Below are positions 18,323 through 26,580 of a stretch of DNA of 32,000 nucleotides, piece by piece. The position numbers and the translations under genes are program-made. A model generated the notes under the pieces. The model was not told the DNA's origin and ran no database searches. It was given only the letters and a program-made list of their open reading frames with translations. How positions within the stretch are numbered: the stretch's first letter is position 1; every line of letters begins with the position of its first letter. The stretch comes from Nostoc sp. PCC 7120 = FACHB-418 (lineage in GTDB: Bacteria; Cyanobacteriota; Cyanobacteriia; Cyanobacteriales; Nostocaceae), in the NCBI RefSeq assembly GCF_000009705.1, contig NC_003272.1:3720001-3752000 (forward strand). Reading direction: 5' to 3'.

Positions 18323-19015
18323 ATGTTTTTTCACAAGAAAGAACCGATTCACGTTGTAAATATCGGTGAAGCAAACCCTCGTTTTGCTCAATTGCTTTTA
18401 GAGCAATTTGGTGGAGCGACAGGAGAACTATCAGCAGCTTTACAATACTGGGTGCAATCATTCCACGTTGAAAACGCGGGAATTAAAGATATGCTGCAAG
18501 ATATTGCCATCGAAGAATTTAGCCATTTAGAGATGGTTGGCAAACTCATCGAAGCGCATACGAAAAACGTGGATCAAACAGAGGCCTATAAAAGTACTCT
18601 CTTTGCTGTAAGGGGTATGGGGCCTCATTTTCTAGATAGTCAAGGTAATGCTTGGACAGCAAGTTACCTCAATGAAGGTGGAGATGTAGTTCGGGATTTG
18701 AGAGCGAACATTGCAGCTGAAGCGGGAGCGCGTCAAACCTACGAAGAGCTAATCAAACTATCACCAGATGAAGGAACGAAGCAAACTCTAGTTCATCTCC
18801 TCACACGAGAAATTTCTCATACCCAGATGTTTATGAAAGCTTTAGATTCACTGGGTAAATTAACAGATCCATTCTTCGGTAATGTCCAACCCGACGAAAC
18901 AGTGGCGCTCTACTATAACCTATCATCCAATGGGAACGGTCATGATGAACGTGGCCCTTGGAACTCTGAGCCAGCATTCAAATATGTTGCTAACCCACTA
19001 GAAAAACATTCCTAA
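18323..19015 (+). CDS. Manganese catalase
   Basis: LLLEQFGGATGELSAALQYW and the EEFSHLEMV ferritin-like di-metal motifs are present, and the length is 230 aa. The N-terminus MFFHKKE resembles the KatB-type Mn-catalase of Anabaena as I remember it. Confidence 0.9.
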   Translation: MFFHKKEPIHVVNIGEANPRFAQLLLEQFGGATGELSAALQYWVQSFHVENAGIKDMLQDIAIEEFSHLEMVGKLIEAHTKNVDQTEAYKSTLFAVRGMGPHFLDSQGNAWTASYLNEGGDVVRDLRANIAAEAGARQTYEELIKLSPDEGTKQTLVHLLTREISHTQMFMKALDSLGKLTDPFFGNVQPDETVALYYNLSSNGNGHDERGPWNSEPAFKYVANPLEKHS

Positions 19016-19239
19016 TTAAATATGTCGTGGTTAAAGTTTAGTTAGGTTTGGGGTGCAAAAAAGTCTAGTAATGGAGTTACCCGACGGATGTATTTCCAAG
19101 TTGGGTAACTAATTTATTAAATATGCTAAAACCTCCTTTAATCCTGCTTTATCTTAACGATAATTATTTCTGTTGACCTACTTATATTTGATAAGAATTT
19201 ATTTGAAAAATCACAATTTAAACTTTAGGAGATGAATTT

Positions 19240-19968
19240 GTGATTGTGAATGCAACACCAACCGGATGGGAAGTGATTTATCATCGTTCCCACGCTTTGT
19301 TAGCAGCGCAAATAGCAGGACAATGGCAACGAAAAAACGCTCCAGCTAGAATATACGAAACCTTAGCCGCAATTTCTCATCATGATGATTTAGAGAAAGA
19401 ATGGGAGGAAAATAATTTGACTCAAGCAGGCGCGCCAATGGATTTCATGATGAACAAAGAAGCTTCTGTGGAAAAACTGGCGAGTCTCATTAAAAATGCT
19501 CGTTACCGGGGACGATGGGTAACTTTATTAATTTCTATGCACATTAGCCGCTTGACGGAACCAAAACGGGGACAGTCGGCTGAATTAGATGCTTTTTTAG
19601 ATGAACAAATAGAGAATCAACGGCGTTGGCGTGAAGAACTGGGGATAGAAAAAGATGAAGTAGATGCAGCTTATGCTTTCATGCAGTGGTGCGATCGCCT
19701 GTCTCTCATCTTATGCCAAAAAGAACTACCTGCGGATGAACGGTTTTTAGAAATTAGTAAAGGCCCCGACGGTCAACGCTATGACATCATGCAACGTAGC
19801 GATAATTTAGTCACAGTCAAACCTTGGCCTTTTGAAGACGATAAGTTTACGGTTAATGTCGAAGCTTGCGACTTACAACAGGCCAAATTTGCGAGTAACA
19901 GCAAACTAACTCAAGCACTACAAACCGCCCCAATCAAGGTGCTAGAGTGGACTTTCGTTAAAAAGTAA
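19240..19968 (+). CDS. DUF3891-family protein (HD-like motif SHHDD)
   Basis: A GTG start follows an AGGAG RBS. The N-terminus WEVIYHRSHALLAAQIAGQW and the motif AISHHDD match my recollection of DUF3891. Confidence 0.7.
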   Translation: MIVNATPTGWEVIYHRSHALLAAQIAGQWQRKNAPARIYETLAAISHHDDLEKEWEENNLTQAGAPMDFMMNKEASVEKLASLIKNARYRGRWVTLLISMHISRLTEPKRGQSAELDAFLDEQIENQRRWREELGIEKDEVDAAYAFMQWCDRLSLILCQKELPADERFLEISKGPDGQRYDIMQRSDNLVTVKPWPFEDDKFTVNVEACDLQQAKFASNSKLTQALQTAPIKVLEWTFVKK

Positions 19969-19982
19969 CAATTTGCCAATAA

Positions 19983-20054
19983 TTAAAAAGCATCTGGGAG
20001 TGTTGCCGTGTTTCCACCCCAGATGCTTTTTAGTTTCAACTTGCTCCTCACACA
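19983..20054 (-). ncRNA. yfr2: Yfr2-family sRNA, copy 1
   Basis: The minus strand reads GUGUGAGGAGCAAGUUGAAACUAAAAAGCAUCUGGGGUGGAAACACGGCAACACUCCCAGAUGCUUUUUAA. It has the 5' GUGAGGAG box, a GGAAACA loop and a terminator U-tract. An extended -10 (TGATATCCT) lies at 20060..20068. The ends are approximate. Confidence 0.75.
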
Positions 20055-20059
20055 ACTAG

Positions 20060-20068
20060 AGGATATCA
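20060..20068 (-). promoter_or_regulatory. Extended -10 element (TGaTATCCT) for Yfr2 copy 1
   Basis: A TGnTAnnnT element ends 6-8 nt upstream of the GUGUGAGGAG 5' box. The same arrangement is found at all four copies. Confidence 0.6.
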
Positions 20069-20142
20069 CTTGTTATTTTATTTAGCAAGTATATTGTATG
20101 ACACTTTGCCAACTGCACAGAAAACTCTCAGTGTAGCCTCAA

Positions 20143-20215
20143 TTAAAAAGCGCCTGGGAGTGTTGCCGTGTTTCCACCCCAGACGCTTTTTATTTTTAAC
20201 TTGCTCCTCACACAC
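20143..20215 (-). ncRNA. yfr2: Yfr2-family sRNA, copy 2
   Basis: The minus strand reads GUGUGUGAGGAGCAAGUUAAAAAUAAAAAGCGUCUGGGGUGGAAACACGGCAACACUCCCAGGCGCUUUUUAA. It is identical to copy 3 over about 80 nt. An extended -10 (TGTTATTGT) lies at 20222..20230. Confidence 0.75.
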
Positions 20216-20221
20216 AAATAA

Positions 20222-20230
20222 ACAATAACA
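20222..20230 (-). promoter_or_regulatory. Extended -10 element (TGtTATTGT) for Yfr2 copy 2
   Basis: It has the same TGnTAnnnT form and position as at the other copies. Confidence 0.55.
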
Positions 20231-20346
20231 CTGGCAATCATAAATAGTAAATCTATCCTGTGACAGTTTGCTATCTGCACAAAACAGGAGTATTTCGGCG
20301 GAATTTTAACATTCCTGTCCACTGGGACAACTGACACGCACAGCGC

Positions 20347-20421
20347 AATAAAAAAGCGCCTGGGAGTGTTGCCGTGTTTCCACCCCAGACGCTTTTTATT
20401 TTTAACTTGCTCCTCACACAC
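20347..20421 (-). ncRNA. yfr2: Yfr2-family sRNA, copy 3
   Basis: Its sequence is the same as copy 2. An extended -10 (TGATACTTT) lies at 20428..20436. Confidence 0.75.
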
Positions 20422-20427
20422 AAATAA

Positions 20428-20436
20428 AAAGTATCA
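20428..20436 (-). promoter_or_regulatory. Extended -10 element (TGaTACTTT) for Yfr2 copy 3
   Basis: It has the same TGnTAnnnT form and position as at the other copies. Confidence 0.55.
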
Positions 20437-20833
20437 CTTATTTTTTGAGAAGACAAGTATAATGCGTGACTCTTTATGAATTCTTTAAAGAAAATATCGG
20501 GATCGGTAATAACTGAGTAAAAATTCTTAACATAAATAGGCTACCTGTTGCCTGGTTAAGCTGATATTAACGCAACAGTATGTGAATCTAACAAAGCTAT
20601 AATTTTAAAGGCAACATTAACTAGACTGCCAAAAAAAGCTACCGAAGAGATGAAGTTGTATTTATGAACTTTGTAAAACACCAAGTTATAAAAGTTACCT
20701 ATTTTCCCCGTCCCTACTTCAAAATTGAAATTTCCGACTAATCAATCTGTAATATATATCCCAAGATTGTTGCCGCTTGCAAAAAAACACTTGATTTTTC
20801 ATAAAACCGTTACTGCCAAGGATTAATTGCAGT

Positions 20834-23800
20834 ATGTCAAATATCCAGCGCTCTCATTTGCAGCGTTACTGTATCTCTATTGTGTCGGTATTATTGGCGC
20901 TGTTGCTAGGCTTAACGCTGGGAAGATATTTAAAAGTAGAGATTTCACCACTGTTTTTTGCATCTGTAGTCTTTAGTAGTTGGTACGGCGGATTAGCACC
21001 AGGTTTAGTTGCTACAGTCTTGGCTATTTTAGTTAAGAATTACTTTTTTATTACACCATTCAACTCAATAGCAGTTAGCCAAGGTAATGATTTACTCAAT
21101 TTAATCGTGTTTGCTTCTGTAGCAGTATTAATTAGTTCATTAAATTTGCAAGTCCTTACGGCAAGGGAAGTGTCTGAGGCAAAATTGGGTAAGTTGAAGG
21201 TGAATTATCGCCAATTGTTAGAGACAGCCTATGAAGGTATTTGGATATTTGACAGTGAAGGAAAGACAGAATATGTCAGCCCTCAGCTAGCCCAAATACT
21301 TGGTTACAGTGTAGAACGAATAGGCGAATTCTCAATTTTTAATTTTCTAGAACCCCAGGCGCGTTTGGAAATTGAGCAATGGCTAGAGCAACAGCAAAAG
21401 TACAATCACCAAACTAAACAGCAGTTTGATTTACGTTTACAACGCCGCGATGGAGCCTCACTTTGGGTAATTGTTTCTCTCAGTTCCATACTGGATAAGC
21501 ATAGAAGATTTTCTGGTGCAGTTGCCATGCTAACTGATATTACAGAGCATAAGCACGAACAAGCAGAACCTGACCTCGAACGTCAACGCCTGCGCGCCAT
21601 CCTTGATATTCTACCAATGGGAGTAGTGATTTCTGACGCTAAAGGACAGCTTTTAGAAATTAATCCTGGCGTGAAAGCGATTTGGGGAGAAGATGCGCCA
21701 TTGCTCGATAATACTAGCCAATATCATCAATATAAAGGATGGTGGCCGGATACAGGTCAACCCCTGACAGCCGCAGAATGGACACTAGCTCGTACCCTAG
21801 CTACAGGTGAAGCGATAATTGGAGAAGAGATTGATATTGCAACATTTGATGGCAAGCGAAAAACCATCCTCAATTCTGCCGTCCCCATTTATGATGCCAC
21901 TGGAGCGATAGTTAATGCTGTAACTGTTAATGTAGATATTACTGAGCGTAAACGGGTAGAAGCCGCCTTAAGGCAGAGTGAAGCACTAGCCAAAGCACGG
22001 GCAGAAGAACTCGAAACGATCATGGAGACTGTGCCGGCTGCTGTCTGGATTGCCCATGATCCTCTTTGCCATTCCATGAGTGTCAATCGTGCTGCTTATG
22101 ACATGATGCGAGTACCACCAGGTTCTGTGATGACCGCAACCCCAGCTAGTGGAGGATATCCTTTTCCTTTTAAAATCCAAAAAAATGGTCAAGATATTCC
22201 TCTGAATGAGTTGGCAATGCAGCAAGCCGGACTGACTGGACAAGAAGTGGAAGCGGAAGTTGAATTTTTCTTCAGCCCGGAGGATGTACGACACATTTAC
22301 GGTAAGGCTATCCCCTTGTGCGATCCAGATGGTAATGTCCGAGGCGTGATTGGGGCGTTTTTGGATGTCACTGAACGCCAACAGTTGATGTCTTTGTTAC
22401 AACAAAAACAAGAATGGCTAGATTTAGCACAGAAGTCAGGAAAAATAGGCAGTTTTGACTGGAAATTAACTAGTAATATCAATGTTTGGTCACAAGAGTT
22501 AGAAGAAATTTATGGTTTGCAGCCTGGCGAGTTTGGCGGTACTTTTGCAGACTGGGCAAAACACGTTCATCCCGATGATTTAGCTAGGGTAGAAGTGGAA
22601 TTGCGGGAATTGTTGAACACAGGCTCAAAGGAATTTTTTAGTGATTTTCGCATCATTCGTCAGGATGGAAGTATTTGTTGGCTACAGTCGAGAGCCAGAG
22701 TTTTCTATGATGATCATGGTCAACCATTACGCATGGTAGGGGTAAATGTCGATGTGACTGAGCGCAAACAAGCAGAAGCAGCGCTACAGCAAAGTGAGGC
22801 TAGACTAAAACGATTATTGCAATCGAGTATTATTGGTATTATTGAGGCAGATCCAGAACGCATTAATTTTGCTAACGATGCCTTCTTGAAAATTGTCGGC
22901 TATACACATGAGGACTTGCTCACAGGAAAGTTGCGTTGGCAAGACATGACTCCACCAGAATACAGCGAACTGGATCAAGCCAAGGTGGAGGAAGTAATAA
23001 ACTCTGGGTTCTGCATTCCCTTTGAGAAAGAATATATCCGTAAAGACGGTTCTCGTGTTCCTATTTTATTAGGTGCTGCCCGATTGAGTTCCAGCCCGCT
23101 AACATGGGTTTGTTTTATTCTAGATTTAACCGAACGCAAACAAGCACAAGCAGCATTACAACAAAGTGAGTTGATGTTCCGCACATTAGCGGACACCATG
23201 CCGCAAATGTTTTGGATTACCCAGCCTAATGGCTACCACGAGTATTTCAATCAACGTTGGTATGATTATACAGGAACAACATTAGAACAAACCCAAGGCG
23301 CAGGGTGGCAAAATATTCTTCATCCTGATGATGTGCAACGCACTATAGAACAGTGGCAAGATAGCCTCGATACTGGCAAAGACTATGATATTGAGTATCG
23401 TTTGCGTCGTGCTGCTGATGGGGAATATCGTTGGCATTTAGGTAGAGCCTTTCCATTAAGAGATGAAAATGGTCGAATCTTGAAATGGTTTGGTTCCTGC
23501 ACAGATATTCACGACCAAAAGCTAGCAATTGAGGAACGCGCCCAGGCTTGGGAACAGGAACGTGCCGCCAGGATAGAGTTAGAACGAGCCAACCGGATGA
23601 AAGATGATTTCTTAGCAATAGTCTCTCACGAGTTGCGATCGCCTCTCAATCCCATTCTCGGTTGGGCAAAACTCCTCAAGAGTCGCAAACTGGATGCACT
23701 CAAGACTAATCAAGCCCTAGAAGTTATCGAACGCAATGCCAAATTACAAGCCCGGTTAATCGACGATTTACTAGATGTTTCCCGGATTTTACGCGGTAAG

Positions 23801-24706
23801 CTGAGTTTGAATGTCTGCACTGTTGACTTAGTAACCACCATCGAAGCCGCATTAGAAACAGTGCGTCTCACGGCTGAAAGTAAATCAATTCACATCCAAA
23901 CTGAGTTAACATCTCATGTGTGCAGAGTTGAAGGCGACCCCAACCGTTTACAGCAAGTGGTGTGGAATCTACTGACAAATGCCGTAAAATTCACACCGGA
24001 AGGCGGTCAAATAGAAGTCAGTCTAGAAAGAGTTGGTTCTTTAGCCCACATTCAAGTCAGGGATACAGGAAAAGGTATTAGTCTCGACTTTCTCCCCTAT
24101 GTGTTTGAACGCTTCCGCCAAGCCGACGAGGTAACAACCAGAAAATTCGGCGGACTAGGGTTAGGGTTAGCCATAGTCCGCCATCTTGTAGAACTCCACG
24201 GTGGTGCTGTCCAGGTAACAAGCCCAGGCGAAGGATTAGGGACAACATTTACAGTCAAACTACCCCTGATTGCTGTTTCTCAAATATATGAAGAGCATTT
24301 TGTGGCTGACACTACCCCAAATCTGCAAGGCTTGCGTATGGTAGTTGTAGATGATGATGCTGATACTTTAGAATTGCTCAGTTTTATTTTGGAACAGTAT
24401 GGAGTGGAAGTTAAGGCGGTAAATTCAGCAAATGAAGCATTGGAGGCGATCGCTCACACCAAACCAGATTTATTATTAAGTGATATTGGAATGCCAGAAG
24501 TTGACGGCTATATGCTGATTAAGCAAATCAGAAGTATGGAAGTAGCATCCGGCACAAAACTACCAGCGATCGCCCTCACCGCATTTGCTGGCGAAACCAA
24601 CTTTCAAAAGATTATGTCTGCTGGTTTCCAAAGGCATTTAACCAAACCCGTAGAGCCATCAGAATTGGCAACCGCCATAGCCAACCTAATTCAAAGTAAT
24701 TCGTAA
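20834..24706 (+). CDS. Hybrid sensor histidine kinase: DUF4118-like membrane module, six PAS/PAC units, HisKA, HATPase_c and receiver
   Basis: The N-terminus is hydrophobic and KdpD-like. Six PAS units each end in a ...D(I/V)TERK.AEAALQQSE-type linker. The H-box SHELRSPLN and the G-boxes DTGKGI and GGLGLGLAIV are present. The receiver has VVDDD...DIGMPEVDG...TKP. Confidence 0.92.
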   Translation: MSNIQRSHLQRYCISIVSVLLALLLGLTLGRYLKVEISPLFFASVVFSSWYGGLAPGLVATVLAILVKNYFFITPFNSIAVSQGNDLLNLIVFASVAVLISSLNLQVLTAREVSEAKLGKLKVNYRQLLETAYEGIWIFDSEGKTEYVSPQLAQILGYSVERIGEFSIFNFLEPQARLEIEQWLEQQQKYNHQTKQQFDLRLQRRDGASLWVIVSLSSILDKHRRFSGAVAMLTDITEHKHEQAEPDLERQRLRAILDILPMGVVISDAKGQLLEINPGVKAIWGEDAPLLDNTSQYHQYKGWWPDTGQPLTAAEWTLARTLATGEAIIGEEIDIATFDGKRKTILNSAVPIYDATGAIVNAVTVNVDITERKRVEAALRQSEALAKARAEELETIMETVPAAVWIAHDPLCHSMSVNRAAYDMMRVPPGSVMTATPASGGYPFPFKIQKNGQDIPLNELAMQQAGLTGQEVEAEVEFFFSPEDVRHIYGKAIPLCDPDGNVRGVIGAFLDVTERQQLMSLLQQKQEWLDLAQKSGKIGSFDWKLTSNINVWSQELEEIYGLQPGEFGGTFADWAKHVHPDDLARVEVELRELLNTGSKEFFSDFRIIRQDGSICWLQSRARVFYDDHGQPLRMVGVNVDVTERKQAEAALQQSEARLKRLLQSSIIGIIEADPERINFANDAFLKIVGYTHEDLLTGKLRWQDMTPPEYSELDQAKVEEVINSGFCIPFEKEYIRKDGSRVPILLGAARLSSSPLTWVCFILDLTERKQAQAALQQSELMFRTLADTMPQMFWITQPNGYHEYFNQRWYDYTGTTLEQTQGAGWQNILHPDDVQRTIEQWQDSLDTGKDYDIEYRLRRAADGEYRWHLGRAFPLRDENGRILKWFGSCTDIHDQKLAIEERAQAWEQERAARIELERANRMKDDFLAIVSHELRSPLNPILGWAKLLKSRKLDALKTNQALEVIERNAKLQARLIDDLLDVSRILRGKLSLNVCTVDLVTTIEAALETVRLTAESKSIHIQTELTSHVCRVEGDPNRLQQVVWNLLTNAVKFTPEGGQIEVSLERVGSLAHIQVRDTGKGISLDFLPYVFERFRQADEVTTRKFGGLGLGLAIVRHLVELHGGAVQVTSPGEGLGTTFTVKLPLIAVSQIYEEHFVADTTPNLQGLRMVVVDDDADTLELLSFILEQYGVEVKAVNSANEALEAIAHTKPDLLLSDIGMPEVDGYMLIKQIRSMEVASGTKLPAIALTAFAGETNFQKIMSAGFQRHLTKPVEPSELATAIANLIQSNS

Positions 24707-24748
24707 TTTCGCCAAGATAAAACCCGGACAATAAAAGGCTTTCAAGTC

Positions 24749-24778
24749 TGTCAACAGACAACAGACAACTGTCAACAG
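24749..24778. repeat. STRR heptamer tract (TGTCAAC/AGACAAC) x4
   Basis: The four units read directly are TGTCAAC AGACAAC AGACAAC TGTCAAC. Confidence 0.8.
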
Positions 24779-24783
24779 CCATA

Positions 24784-24855
24784 AATTAAAAAGCGCTCAG
24801 AAGTGTTACCGTGTTTCCACTCTAAGCGCTCTTAATTTCAACTTGCTCCTCACAC
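24784..24855 (-). ncRNA. yfr2: Yfr2-family sRNA, copy 4 (divergent stem, conserved loop and 5' box)
   Basis: The minus strand reads GUGUGAGGAGCAAGUUGAAAUUAAGAGCGCUUAGAGUGGAAACACGGUAACACUUCUGAGCGCUUUUUAAUU. An extended -10 (TGTTATCTT) lies at 24862..24870. Confidence 0.72.
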
Positions 24856-24861
24856 TATTAG

Positions 24862-24870
24862 AAGATAACA
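24862..24870 (-). promoter_or_regulatory. Extended -10 element (TGtTATCTT) for Yfr2 copy 4
   Basis: It has the same TGnTAnnnT form and position as at copies 1-3. Confidence 0.55.
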
Positions 24871-25059
24871 CCGCCTTGAAATCAAAACTAATGTTATCAG
24901 TGACACTTTCCTAACTGCACCATTGTGAGAAGTGAGCAAGTGCTAAATTTTCACCTTTTTAACGCTGAGTAACGCTAAGGTTAGCGCCAAGGCACGCAGA
25001 GGTTTTCTGATGAGCATTCGCTAGTTATCAAATAATCAAGCGCTCCTCTACACCCATCT

Positions 25060-26580
25060 TTAGTGTAAAAAGTGACGCACCCCAGTCAACACCATCAGCA
25101 AACCGAGTTCATTAGCAGCTTTGACAGAATCTTGATCCCGCAGGCTTCCCCCTGGTTGGACAATGGCGCTAATACCGGCGGCGGCGGCGGTTCTCACTGT
25201 ATCATCGAAGGGGAAAAATCCATCGCTGGCGAGGATTGCACCTTTAGCTTTGTCTCCAGCTTGTTCTAAGGCAATTTTCGTTGAACCAATGCGGTTCATT
25301 TGTCCTGCACCTACACCTAGAGTAGTGCGATCGCTTGTCACAACAATAGCATTAGATTTAACGTGTTTGCAGACTTTCCAAGCAAACAGCAATTCTGCTA
25401 ATTCATCGGGTGTAGGTTGGCGTTCTGTCACGACTTGCCATTGACTTGTGTCAGCAGCAATATCATCCGCAGCCTGCACCAGGAAACCCCCGGCGATTTG
25501 TTTGACTAAAGTTTTAGGGCCGGTACTCAAATCAGCCAAAGTCAACACCCGCACATTAGATTTCTTGGAGAGGATTTTTTGCGCTTCTGCATCACAATCA
25601 GGCGCAATCACACATTCTAAAAACGTCTTGGTTAACTCGCTGGCTGTCGCTGCATCAATAGGACGGTTCAGGGCGACAATCCCCCCAAATGCCGAAGTAG
25701 CATCAGCATTAAAAGCCTTTTGGTAAGCCTCCACAATGGTATCTGCCAACGCCGTACCGCAGGGATTAGTATGTTTAATAATCGTTGCGGCTGGTGTATC
25801 AGTGAACTCTGCAATAATGCGTCGGGCGGCTTCTAAGTCAACCAAGTTATTGTAACTCAGTTCCTTACCTTGCAGTTTCTCGGCTGCTGTCCACCCTGTT
25901 GGCGTAGTCCCCGTTTGATACCAAGCTGCTGGCTGATGGGGGTTCTCACCGTAACGCAGAGATTGTAATTCAGTACCGCTTAGGGTGTGCTGTTGTGTAC
26001 CTGAGAGGTAAGAGGCTATAGCGCTATCATAACTTGCTGTATGTAAAAACCCTTTCAAAGCCGCCTTTTGCCGAAATTCTAAGGAAGCCACTCCGTTATT
26101 TTGCCGTAATTCTTGCAAATACTCGTCATACTGCGCCGGATCACATAATACCGTCAGATGAGCAAAATTCTTCGATGATGCCCGCAACATCGCCGGGCCG
26201 CCAATGTCAATTTGTTCCACAGCTTCCGCCAACGTCACCCCTGGTTTAGCAATAGTAGACTCAAAGGGATAAAGATTCACCACCACCAAATCAATCGGGC
26301 GAATTTGGTTATTTTCCAAATCTGTCAAATCACTAGCTACATCCCGCCTAGCCAAAATCCCCCCATGAATCCGGGGATGTAGAGTTTTCACCCGTCCACC
26401 CAAAATCTCTGGCGAACCCGTGTAATCTGCAACCTTCGTCACAGGTAAACCAGCATCCTTGAGGGCTTGGGCTGTCCCCCCACTGCTGATTAAATCAAAC
26501 TCAAATTCCTCCACCAAGCGACGAGCTAAGTCAATTAAACCAGTCTTGTTAGATACACTCAGCAGTGCTAGACGCGCCAT
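25060..26580 (-). CDS. purH: Bifunctional AICAR transformylase / IMP cyclohydrolase
   Basis: The N-terminus ALLSVSNKTGL, the motifs GGRVKTLHP and YGENPHQ, and the C-terminus GVRHFLH are PurH hallmarks. Confidence 0.95.
   Translation of the reverse strand: MARLALLSVSNKTGLIDLARRLVEEFEFDLISSGGTAQALKDAGLPVTKVADYTGSPEILGGRVKTLHPRIHGGILARRDVASDLTDLENNQIRPIDLVVVNLYPFESTIAKPGVTLAEAVEQIDIGGPAMLRASSKNFAHLTVLCDPAQYDEYLQELRQNNGVASLEFRQKAALKGFLHTASYDSAIASYLSGTQQHTLSGTELQSLRYGENPHQPAAWYQTGTTPTGWTAAEKLQGKELSYNNLVDLEAARRIIAEFTDTPAATIIKHTNPCGTALADTIVEAYQKAFNADATSAFGGIVALNRPIDAATASELTKTFLECVIAPDCDAEAQKILSKKSNVRVLTLADLSTGPKTLVKQIAGGFLVQAADDIAADTSQWQVVTERQPTPDELAELLFAWKVCKHVKSNAIVVTSDRTTLGVGAGQMNRIGSTKIALEQAGDKAKGAILASDGFFPFDDTVRTAAAAGISAIVQPGGSLRDQDSVKAANELGLLMVLTGVRHFLH

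Noticed and set aside
19983-20424. A possible CRISPR array, because of three direct repeats with unique spacers.
   Set aside because: The repeats are about 75 nt long, the spacings are irregular (160 and 206 bp) and there are only three units. Each unit has its own promoter-like element and intrinsic terminator. No cas genes are in the window.
20143-20456. ORF-track ORFs 20143..20421(-) and 20271..20456(-), 92 and 61 aa.
   Set aside because: They run through the repeated sRNA units. The peptide CVRSKLKIKSVWGGNTATLPGAF simply recurs because the DNA is repeated. They have no RBS and overlap terminator hairpins. They are better explained as Yfr2 genes.
21889-23618. Several antisense ORFs inside the histidine-kinase gene (21889..22086, 21986..22381, 22297..22482, 22975..23199 and 23343..23618). 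Similar ORFs lie inside purH (25072..26249), the PLD gene (14826..15735) and the desulfurase gene (16462..17232).
   Set aside because: These are shadow ORFs opposite long, well-supported genes. They have no motifs, no RBSs and low-complexity translations.
24924-24942. The plus-strand sequence TGTGAGAAGTGAGCAAGTG resembles the Yfr2 5' box (GTGAGGAGCAAGT) in the opposite orientation.
   Set aside because: The box is interrupted, and no GGAAACA loop or terminator follows on the plus strand. It is probably chance or a decayed fragment.
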